From a virus (lineage: Duplodnaviria; Caudoviricetes), in the IMG/VR virus record IMGVR_UViG_3300011517_000006, positions 1 to 64,000 of that record: DNA of 64,000 nt, one strand, 5' to 3'. Below the pieces are notes generated by a model, which saw only the letters and a list, made by a program, of their open reading frames with translations, did not search any database and was not told where the DNA came from. This document shows positions 1 to 7,001 of this stretch, piece by piece. A program made the translations under genes and the position numbers. Numbering within the stretch: the stretch's first letter is position 1; the number at the start of each line of letters is the position of its first letter.

Positions 1-5
1 TTGGC

Positions 6-32
6 TTCCGAAGGCTCAGCAAGCCTTCGGAA
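6..32. terminator. Perfect 11-bp hairpin, possible terminator
   Basis: TTCCGAAGGCT-cagca-AGCCTTCGGAA; no clear U-tract. Confidence 0.4.
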
Positions 33-240
33 ACTTCGTCTGCGCGTGTCGAATGATGTCCGCGGTGCGGCCATAGCGGACAACTTCGGCGATGGACGTG
101 GGGACCAGGTCGTCGGGCTTGTAGATATCATCGGCTTTAATCTCCCGTGACGCTCGCAGAGGGAAAATTGCCTGACGTCGAGCGGGCGCAGCCGTCAACA
201 CGCGCGCCAGAACGCCAGGCTCGATGTCATCGAGTTTCAT
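16..240 (-). CDS. Hypothetical protein
   Basis: ORF MKLDDIEPG..., no recognisable motif; stop codon lies inside the 6-32 hairpin. Confidence 0.3.
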   Translation of the reverse strand: MKLDDIEPGVLARVLTAAPARRQAIFPLRASREIKADDIYKPDDLVPTSIAEVVRYGRTADIIRHAQTKFPKAC

Positions 241-342
241 GAAGGCGTAGGTACAAGGTTCCAATAGGTCGCCGTGACGCATTGATGCACCCCACGGAAA
301 ATGGCCTTGGCCCTTCGGGTTGGGCACAACGCGGGACGCCGG

Positions 343-597
343 ATGAACGCAAAGGTCGATGACGTGCGCGAGCGCGTCATCAAGCTGGAGGCCCGCGAGT
401 ACGAGCGCCAGATCGAGGCCCTGAACGACCGCCTGTCGGCCGCCTTCAAGCGCATCGACGATCTGGAGGGGACGCGAGATCAGCAGAAGGGCGCCAAGGC
501 CCTTGTCGACTGCCTGCGTCAGACCGCGCCGCGCCTGCTGGCCGGCGTCGCCGCCTTCGTGGCGGGCATCGGCATCAAGAGCAGAGCCGAAGCATGA
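343..597 (+). CDS. Coiled-coil protein with C-terminal hydrophobic segment (phage holin/XhlA-like architecture)
   Basis: MNAKVDDVRERVIKLEAREYERQIEAL... followed by LLAGVAAFVAGIGI. Confidence 0.5.
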   Translation: MNAKVDDVRERVIKLEAREYERQIEALNDRLSAAFKRIDDLEGTRDQQKGAKALVDCLRQTAPRLLAGVAAFVAGIGIKSRAEA

Positions 598-626
598 GCC
601 GCAAGACGCCCCGCTAGTGGCTGCAG

Positions 627-836
627 GTGATCAACCTGTCGCGCACCACGACCATTCTCGCCCTCGGCTTCCTCGGCGGAAACCTGCTCTTCCTGCCGAT
701 GATCGCCTGGCTAGGGGATATGGTGGGCGAGCGTTATGCCAACGCGGTCATGCTGGTGGCGTTCATGTTCAAGGACGGAATGCTGCTGATCCTAGGCTTC
801 TACTTGGGGCGACACGAGAATGGGGACCAAGCCTGA
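627..836 (+). CDS. Small two-TM membrane protein
   Basis: Two hydrophobic stretches in 69 aa; GTG start. Confidence 0.5.
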   Translation: MINLSRTTTILALGFLGGNLLFLPMIAWLGDMVGERYANAVMLVAFMFKDGMLLILGFYLGRHENGDQA

Positions 837-1593
837 CTAGCCCACCGCGATCCAGAAGAGGACGCCGAAGATCGCCAAACACAGGGCGATCAGCGCTGAT
901 TCCATGGCCCAACCGACGCGCTTGCGACGCTTCCTCTGCATGTCCTGTCCTCCAGTAACGCCGGCACCATCTGCATAAATGACAGGGCTGTCCAGCGAGT
1001 GAGCATCGGTGAGGCCGCCCCATCGTACAGGGGCGGGCACCATTGAAGTTTCGGCCGTTGGCCGCGGGCGGACAGTGAGCGCGGCCGCATCAGCCAGCAC
1101 CCAGCAGGGTCCATCGCCCACTCAGAAAGGTTAGGCACGCGCGGGAGTGGGAATAACGTAAGATGTCCCTTTACCCAAAGGGTCGACGTCGGCGTTGCTG
1201 AGCATGACATAGCAGTTAAACGTGACGCATCGAGTTCACGGAATACGCGACCCCTGGCACCCCAATGGAGCCGGACCCAAGCGTGCACCACTAAGATTTG
1301 TCGCTACCAGAGCCGCACGGATGCGCACAATAGCCCACCGTCGCTCCCGCCGTTCCCTAGAGCCGACGTTCTGAACGTCCGCAAAGAGTCATATTTGGAC
1401 CTCGGCCCGACCTGTTGCCTGAAAGACGATATCGAGCCGCCGCCAAATCGAACCCGCACCGGGTGTCATTCCGGTCATTACGAAGATGGGCCGACAGGGC
1501 GCGTCCAGCCGTGGTGACGGGCTGAAGAGTCCATCTATCTCTGACGGAGTCCAGCTAGTTGAGACGTCCGACAATTATGAGATGAAGAATCCG

Positions 1594-1627
1594 TGGTGGT
1601 TGGAGGCGGCCACCAACGCACACCCAC
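1594..1627. repeat. Left att junction of prophage 1 (16-bp core plus 18-bp attP arm)
   Basis: TGGTGGTTGGAGGCGG 1594-1609 equals 49987-50002; CCACCAACGCACACCCAC 1610-1627 is the reverse complement of 49975-49992. Confidence 0.92.
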
Positions 1628-1659
1628 ATTGGAACGGACCGTGAAACTGGCGGTCTGAC

Positions 1660-2523
1660 CTAGAACAGGCTCGCCTGCGCCGCCGCCGGCGCCAGCTCGA
1701 CGCCCTTTCCGATCAGCAGCTCGGCCGCCGTCGAGGCCTTGTCGCCGCCGGCGATGGAATAGGTCGTCTGCACGGCCTCCATATCCGCCCAGGCGAACAG
1801 CTCGCGGATCTCAGGCCTGTCATTGATCGACAGCAAGAACCGCCCCTCGATCGCGCGCAGCTTGTCCGCCATGCGTTGAAAGTCGCCACGGATGAAGACG
1901 CCGACGCCATAGTCGCTTTCCCCGCCGAGATAGGGCGGGTCGAGGTAGAACAAGGTGCCCGGCCGATCGTACCGGGCGATGACATCCATCCAGTCCAGGT
2001 TCTCGATCACCACCCCCGCCAGCCGGTCATGCAGGCGCCTTAGCCGAGGCTCCAGCCGCGTCAGGTCGAAGTTGTGCGCGCCCTTGGTGCTGACCCCAAA
2101 CGACCGCCCCGACATCTTCCCCCCGAACGCCAGCGTCTGCAGATAGAGGAACCGCGCCGCCCTCTCGATGTCGAGCAGGTCGCAGTCCCGCGCCTCATTC
2201 AGCCGGGCGAACTCGCTTCGCATGGCCGGCCGCCAGCGCAGTTCGCGCAGCAAGGCCTCGGGAAACCGCTGCAGGACGCGGAAGAGGGTGACGATATCGC
2301 CTGATATGTCGTTGATGACCTCGACGTGAGGCCGCACCCTCCGGCGCAAGAAGACCCCGCCCATGCCGATGAACGGCTCGACGTAGGCGTCGTGCGGCGT
2401 GGAGGCCAGGACATGGCAGATGCGCTTGGCCAGATGGCGCTTGCCGCCCAGCCACGCGGCGGGCGGCTCGGCCGCGGCCACGGGGCGCTGGGCGACATAG
2501 AGAACATTACGGGAACAATTCAT
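1660..2523 (-). CDS. DNA adenine methyltransferase (Dam/D12 class)
   Basis: WLGGKR, EPFIGMGGV (SAM-binding motif), NDI and FYLDPPY motifs; start codon uncertain. Confidence 0.92.
   Translation of the reverse strand: MNCSRNVLYVAQRPVAAAEPPAAWLGGKRHLAKRICHVLASTPHDAYVEPFIGMGGVFLRRRVRPHVEVINDISGDIVTLFRVLQRFPEALLRELRWRPAMRSEFARLNEARDCDLLDIERAARFLYLQTLAFGGKMSGRSFGVSTKGAHNFDLTRLEPRLRRLHDRLAGVVIENLDWMDVIARYDRPGTLFYLDPPYLGGESDYGVGVFIRGDFQRMADKLRAIEGRFLLSINDRPEIRELFAWADMEAVQTTYSIAGGDKASTAAELLIGKGVELAPAAAQASLF
2502..2516. promoter_or_regulatory. Alphaproteobacterial LexA (SOS) box
   Basis: GAAC-attacgg-GAAC, exact GAAC-N7-GAAC consensus. Confidence 0.55.
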
Positions 2524-2710
2524 TTGCGGGCAGGTCCTTCGCACGGTTAGGAGAACCCCTCTCGCGAGAGCGGGGCGGCGACCGGCCGGGCGGCCGATCG
2601 GTCCAGTCGTGCGGGGTCCTGCCCGCAGGTCGACGCGTTGGCGCGCGTCGATCCCGCCCCGGACGTGAGGCGGAATGGATGTTGGCGCACGGCGTGCGCG
2701 GGAGCAGACG

Positions 2711-3202
2711 ATGACGCCCGCTGAAAGGTATTTCCTGAGCGCGCCCGACACCGCGTTTCCGAACGTCCCGCGCACCTGGGAGGGGCCTTTGCTCATGCCG
2801 GTGCGCTTCGGCTGGATCGTCAGCGTTCACTGCTGGGGATGCCGGCGGACCATCGACTTCAACGGCCGAGATCTCTGCACTCGCTTCCCGGACTGGCTCA
2901 GGCGCCCGCGCACCGATTGGGCGCGCGCTCTTCGCTGCAGCGCGTGCGGCTCGAAGCGCCTGCAGATCCATGAACGGAACGACGAGGCCACCCAGGGTGA
3001 GTTCTTGGGCTTTGGCGCTCACCTGTCATCAGCCGTCTCGCTGTTACGGCTCCGCTCGCGATTGGCCGACGCGGGCCTTAGCCTTGTGGATTTCTGGTCC
3101 CAACTGGGAGACATTCCACCGGCAGATCACCTTCGGGCTGTAGGGCTGAGCGAGGTGGTTGGGGGGCTGGCGGCAACCGAATCAGGTCGGCGCGAAACGT
3201 GA
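2711..3202 (+). CDS. Putative zinc-binding protein (CxxC...CxxC)
   Basis: HCWGCRR...LRCSACGS; GGAG upstream of the ATG at 2711. Confidence 0.7.
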   Translation: MTPAERYFLSAPDTAFPNVPRTWEGPLLMPVRFGWIVSVHCWGCRRTIDFNGRDLCTRFPDWLRRPRTDWARALRCSACGSKRLQIHERNDEATQGEFLGFGAHLSSAVSLLRLRSRLADAGLSLVDFWSQLGDIPPADHLRAVGLSEVVGGLAATESGRRET

Positions 3203-3600
3203 TGCGAGACTTCGTTGTCCCTTCATCCCCACCTTCATCCCCAAACTAATGCACTGAAAACACCATATCTAGCGGTCGGGCGAAAAGTGATCGCTAGATG
3301 TGCGCATCTTCCCTTGTTCCTTCAGAAAATACGCAGTTCAATGTTCCTCGTTAGCGGAACAAGGCTGACATGACCTTTGCAAACACGGGAGAGCGACGAA
3401 GCCATCGAGCGTCCGCTCCTGCGAAAATGGGGTCTGGGTGCAACCAGACCCCAAGATCGCGGATCGGATTCACGGCCGAAAAAGACCTAGGTCTGATTGT
3501 CTCGGCTGCATGCGTGATCCACGGCTCAAGAGCGCCGTAAGGACAGCACGTAATGCATCCTTGGACAAGCTCAACGGTCTCCAACAATGGAGATTTGATA

Positions 3601-3723
3601 ATGTCCGAAACGCCGAAACAGGCGCGTGAGCGCTGGGTTTACACCCGCTTCATCACGCGCAACGGCAAGCGCATCTATCACCCCACAGGCGGCCTGTACC
3701 GCTTCAAGGTGAAAGACCGCTGA
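3601..3723 (+). CDS. 40-aa small basic protein (not in the ORF track)
   Basis: MSETPKQARERWVYTRFITRNGKRIYHPTGGLYRFKVKDR; GGAG SD upstream; hairpin terminator immediately after. Confidence 0.65.
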   Translation: MSETPKQARERWVYTRFITRNGKRIYHPTGGLYRFKVKDR

Positions 3724-3730
3724 CCGAAGA

Positions 3731-3761
3731 AACCCCCGCCAGCGCGATGCTGGCGGGGGTT
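3731..3761. terminator. Bidirectional intrinsic terminator
   Basis: 13-bp perfect stem AACCCCCGCCAGC/GCTGGCGGGGGTT between convergent genes (small ORF and o-spanin). Confidence 0.8.
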
Positions 3762-3766
3762 ATCTT

Positions 3767-4081
3767 TTAGCCAGGCCGGGGCGGCAACTCAGGCGGCGGC
3801 TGGCAACTCAGCCCCTTCATCCCGTTATCAGCCGCCCATCGGCACAACCGGCCGACCGTCGCCCAACCCCGCTCGCCCCATCCCTCGATGGCGATGTCAT
3901 GGGCGATGCTGGCAGCGTCGCTGCGCACCGCTTCCGGCGGCATGACCGGCTTGGCCTCAACGGCCAGGTCGGCACTCGGCGGGTAGATCAACGTCACGCG
4001 TTCCCTGCTCGCGCAGGCGGTGACAGGCAAGAGCGACGCGGCCAGCAGTGGGGCGAGCGTCAGGGATCGCAGAGACAGCAT
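3767..4081 (-). CDS. o-spanin (Rz1-like lipoprotein)
   Basis: Signal peptide ending in lipobox VTA-C; Pro-rich; overlaps the i-spanin; lies downstream of the endolysin. Confidence 0.75.
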   Translation of the reverse strand: MLSLRSLTLAPLLAASLLPVTACASRERVTLIYPPSADLAVEAKPVMPPEAVRSDAASIAHDIAIEGWGERGWATVGRLCRWAADNGMKGLSCQPPPELPPRPG

Positions 4082-4328
4082 CGGTCCGTTCCTTTTCCAG
4101 TCGGGTATTGATCTTCAGATCGGTGAGCCGTTGGTCGGCCGCCCGATCGCGGGCCGCCGCGTCCGTGGCGCGGGCTTGGGAGTTTGCGGCCTGGACGGCG
4201 CGCTCTTGCCTGGCGCGCTCGCGGCCGCCCGCCGTGGCGGACCACCAGATCAGGACGATCATCAGCAGCAGACAGATCGCCGCCAACGCCCAGCCAGCGG
4301 CGGTCAGGGTGCGGAACGCTTCCTTCAT
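3957..4328 (-). CDS. i-spanin (Rz-like)
   Basis: N-terminal TM followed by an Ala/Arg-rich coiled coil; directly after the endolysin. Confidence 0.75.
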   Translation of the reverse strand: MKEAFRTLTAAGWALAAICLLLMIVLIWWSATAGGRERARQERAVQAANSQARATDAAARDRAADQRLTDLKINTRLEKERTDAVSAIPDARPTAGRVALACHRLREQGTRDVDLPAECRPGR

Positions 4329-4762
4329 CGCGCCAGCTCCCAATGAGGGCTGTCCGTCTCTCCCCGCTCGCGCGGCTTGCCGTTGCGGTTCCAGTCGGCA
4401 CCCCAGCGGATCGGAACGCCCAGCTCGGCCGACGCCGCGAACATGGCCTTGGCGATGGCGTCGAACTTCGGGAACCGCACCGGCCCCTCCCAGTCTACCG
4501 GGAACGGGATCAGATCGACAGCGTGGCCATAGCCCGTCTGGGCGTTGACGAAGTGGTTGCTGGTCAGCGTCCAGGTGACCTTGGGGCTCGGCTTGGTGCG
4601 GCCCTGTGCGTAAAGCTCCCGCTGGCGCTGCGGCGTGCGAACGCCTTCCAGCACAGAGAAGTCGACGGTGGATAGTTGAATGGCGCGCTCGACCACTCGG
4701 ACGAGATCGGGGTGAACGCCAGCGAGCCGGGCGCGCGACTGCGCACCAAGGCGAAAGGCCAT
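4325..4762 (-). CDS. Endolysin, M15 family Zn peptidase
   Basis: GVHPDL, EGVRT..RQ..LYAQGRT, SNH, GHAVD and DSPHWEL motifs. Confidence 0.92.
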   Translation of the reverse strand: MAFRLGAQSRARLAGVHPDLVRVVERAIQLSTVDFSVLEGVRTPQRQRELYAQGRTKPSPKVTWTLTSNHFVNAQTGYGHAVDLIPFPVDWEGPVRFPKFDAIAKAMFAASAELGVPIRWGADWNRNGKPRERGETDSPHWELAR

Positions 4763-4847
4763 GATGGTCTCCAGTTCAGATTGTGAGGAACAGAAAGCGC
4801 CGTTTCAGCGCTGCTTATGGGCTGGGCGGCAGCGCGTAGGAGTAGGT

Positions 4848-5018
4848 ATGCTATCGGTGAAAGAGCAGATCATTGCTGACGCTTGGATGCAGCACTTTGG
4901 AGAGACTTTGCCTGTGCTCGGCTGTACCGAACTCGCGGCCCAGATCCTCCGCGATTACGGAGTTGACATCGATCTGACGGCTGTTCGTGCCAATCCCAGT
5001 TGGAAAAGAGCGGCATGA
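4848..5018 (+). CDS. Small accessory protein, opposite strand inside the lysis cassette
   Basis: MLSVKEQIIADAWMQHFGETLP...; AGGAG SD upstream. Confidence 0.6.
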   Translation: MLSVKEQIIADAWMQHFGETLPVLGCTELAAQILRDYGVDIDLTAVRANPSWKRAA

Positions 5019-5060
5019 GCATTCGGCGAAGCTAACCGGCCGCTCTAGCGACCGGGACCG

Positions 5061-5573
5061 TCACGCCGCGGTAAGCAGCACCGCCACGATGATCAGGATG
5101 ACGAGACCGGCCCCGGCCATCATGCACAGGCGCACGCAGCGGCATGGCTCGCGCTCGCTGGCGGATCGTCCGTGCGGCTCGGGCGGCAGGGCGAAGGCCA
5201 TCTCGGCCACCACCTGATCAGAGACGCCCCGGCGCACGGCAAAGCCCAGCAGGCGTTCCGTCCACGGCGGCGGCGCCCGGTCGCGCATCACCCATTCCAG
5301 CAGGACGAGCGAGAGGCCAAGAACGACCAAGGCCGATGCCGGGACAAGGGCGCTCATGTGCTGGACCGCAAAGGCCCGGCCGGGGAAGACGAACGACAGG
5401 CCGCGCGCCACCAGAATGAGCGTCGAGGCGAAGAAGAAGCCCCGCACCGCCCAATGGGCCGTGATCTTGGTGTGATAGGTGGGCCCGAGCAGGCGGAACA
5501 CCTGGCTCAGCACCGCCCCGGCCGACAGGAAGACAAGCCCCGTCGCCAGAACCATCCAGTCGTGAGCGGTCAT
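5061..5573 (-). CDS. Multi-TM membrane protein (holin/antiholin candidate)
   Basis: About 4 hydrophobic segments; ATGA overlap with the upstream gene; lies in the lysis cassette. Confidence 0.7.
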   Translation of the reverse strand: MTAHDWMVLATGLVFLSAGAVLSQVFRLLGPTYHTKITAHWAVRGFFFASTLILVARGLSFVFPGRAFAVQHMSALVPASALVVLGLSLVLLEWVMRDRAPPPWTERLLGFAVRRGVSDQVVAEMAFALPPEPHGRSASEREPCRCVRLCMMAGAGLVILIIVAVLLTAA

Positions 5574-5905
5574 CGCTGTGTCTCCTTCAGAACCGCGTGA
5601 AGCGCCGCATAGACCAGGCGCTTGGTGAAGCCGAAGAAGCCGCGAGGGTCGTTCGCCGCGATCCAGCCCAAGGTCATCGCCACCCCGCGCATATCGAGCG
5701 CGGGAACGACGGCGATCAGGCTGGGCGTGAACGCTTCGGCCAGAATGGGACCGGCCACGACGCCGAGCCCCAGATGCAGCCACGCCTTGCGCTGGGCCAG
5801 CGGGTTGCCGGCCTTGGCGGAATAGGCGGTGACCAGACCGACGGCGCCGAAAAGCACGCCGCCGCACAGGCCCCAGAACGCGGGGAAATCCCTCGGGTCG
5901 AGCAT
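5570..5905 (-). CDS. Holin candidate
   Basis: 111 aa, 2-3 TM segments, basic C-terminus, GGAGG SD, upstream of the endolysin. Confidence 0.65.
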   Translation of the reverse strand: MLDPRDFPAFWGLCGGVLFGAVGLVTAYSAKAGNPLAQRKAWLHLGLGVVAGPILAEAFTPSLIAVVPALDMRGVAMTLGWIAANDPRGFFGFTKRLVYAALHAVLKETQR

Positions 5906-6007
5906 CCGCCCCTCCAAGAATGTCGGCCATAGGTGAGAGGCAGCCGACGCGCTGGCGTGGGCTTTCGGTTGCGTCCCTGCGGGTGGCGAACCGGGTTCGG
6001 CACCGGC

Positions 6008-6022
6008 GTTCGAATTCTGTTC
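6008..6022. promoter_or_regulatory. Alphaproteobacterial LexA (SOS) box
   Basis: GTTC-gaattct-GTTC in the intergenic region between divergent genes. Confidence 0.55.
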
Positions 6023-6078
6023 TAGGTGACGAGTGTACGTGAAAGAGGCAGGCTCACTGCCTAAACTGGGGAGGAACC

Positions 6079-6282
6079 ATGCCTATGTTCACGCTACAGG
6101 ATTTGCAGATCAGCCTTCAGAACGACAAGGCTTCGATCATGCTCAAGGACGAGCAAGATTGCTTCATTCACATCAATGGATTCTCCTTCAATCCAGAAGG
6201 AGATCAGACTGAAAGCGAGTTGAGGAAACTCGCTCTCGAACAAGCCAAGAAGACGCTTATCGCCGCTGCTGAAGACCTGTGA
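6079..6282 (+). CDS. Small accessory protein (moron)
   Basis: Strong SD GGGGAGGA; lower GC than the flanks; opposite strand to the late operon. Confidence 0.65.
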   Translation: MPMFTLQDLQISLQNDKASIMLKDEQDCFIHINGFSFNPEGDQTESELRKLALEQAKKTLIAAAEDL

Positions 6283-6562
6283 GCGAGGCAACTCTCGCCT
6301 CTAATGTTCCGATGCGCGTGAGAGCCGCTCCTAGGCTAGCGCGCAAGGACGCAACCTCTAAGTCTAGATCATTAACGTTCTGGGCGGTCGCTGCTGAAGC
6401 GGATGCTGCGGCAGCCTGCGCACTGGCGATTGCGGCGGCAGAACGTGCGTCGCCAGCACCCGTGCGGGCCTTGGGACGGAGGCGGCGCCAGAGGCCGGGA
6501 TGGGCGCTCGTCGTCATCAGAACAAGGCCGCAGACGAGCAACGCGATTGACACCATATCCAT
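6257..6562 (-). CDS. Hypothetical protein, N-terminal TM plus coiled coil
   Basis: GGAG SD; hydrophobic N-terminus; heptad-like C-terminus. Confidence 0.55.
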   Translation of the reverse strand: MDMVSIALLVCGLVLMTTSAHPGLWRRLRPKARTGAGDARSAAAIASAQAAAASASAATAQNVNDLDLEVASLRASLGAALTRIGTLEARVASLTGLQQRR

Positions 6563-6590
6563 GTCGGTTCTCCTGTGTGTAAGGGGTTCG

Positions 6591-6833
6591 TCAGGCTTCC
6601 GGCTCGGCCGGAACCTCGGGCTCTTCTTCCGGCTCAGCCTCGGGCGCGCACAGTACCTTGGCGTTGACCTCGGCGATCAGCCGGACCTGGGCCAGTTCAG
6701 CGGTCAGCCCATCGGGATACAGGCCGTCCGCCTGGGCCTGCTCGATGATGTCGAGGATTTCACAGAGCTTCTGCCCCACGGCGTCCTGATGGGCGCGGCG
6801 CGCGGCGAGGTGCTTTTCGAGCGTGGTGGTCAT
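6591..6833 (-). CDS. Hypothetical phage protein
   Basis: GGAGG SD; typical codon usage; acidic tail. Confidence 0.7.
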   Translation of the reverse strand: MTTTLEKHLAARRAHQDAVGQKLCEILDIIEQAQADGLYPDGLTAELAQVRLIAEVNAKVLCAPEAEPEEEPEVPAEPEA

Positions 6834-6843
6834 GGCTCGCCTC

Positions 6844-6981
6844 CTAGTGCTTGTCAGCGCCGGGACGGCCGCGCGATCCGCCGTTGCCGCCAGACCCGCC
6901 AGTCGACAGGCGCTTGCGCAGCACGACCACGCCGATGACGACGATAGCGGCCAGAATGGCCAGGGGGATGAGGGTGGACAT
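6844..6981 (-). CDS. 45-aa single-TM protein (not in the ORF track)
   Basis: MSTLIPLAILAAIVVIGVVVLRKRLSTGGSGGNGG...; AAAGGAG SD. Confidence 0.65.
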   Translation of the reverse strand: MSTLIPLAILAAIVVIGVVVLRKRLSTGGSGGNGGSRGRPGADKH

Positions 6982-7001
6982 GGTCGTCTCCTTTGTTGAA
7001 A

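Noticed and set aside
1660-2796. 378-aa extended methyltransferase ORF
   Set aside because: The N-terminal 90 aa cross a hairpin-rich intergenic region and overlap the divergent gene; the catalytic domain starts near 2523.
5955-5985. GGGACGCAA resembling the c-di-GMP-I riboswitch core
   Set aside because: The GGCAAACC/GNRA and receptor elements of that riboswitch are not in the right arrangement; kept only as a generic structured leader.
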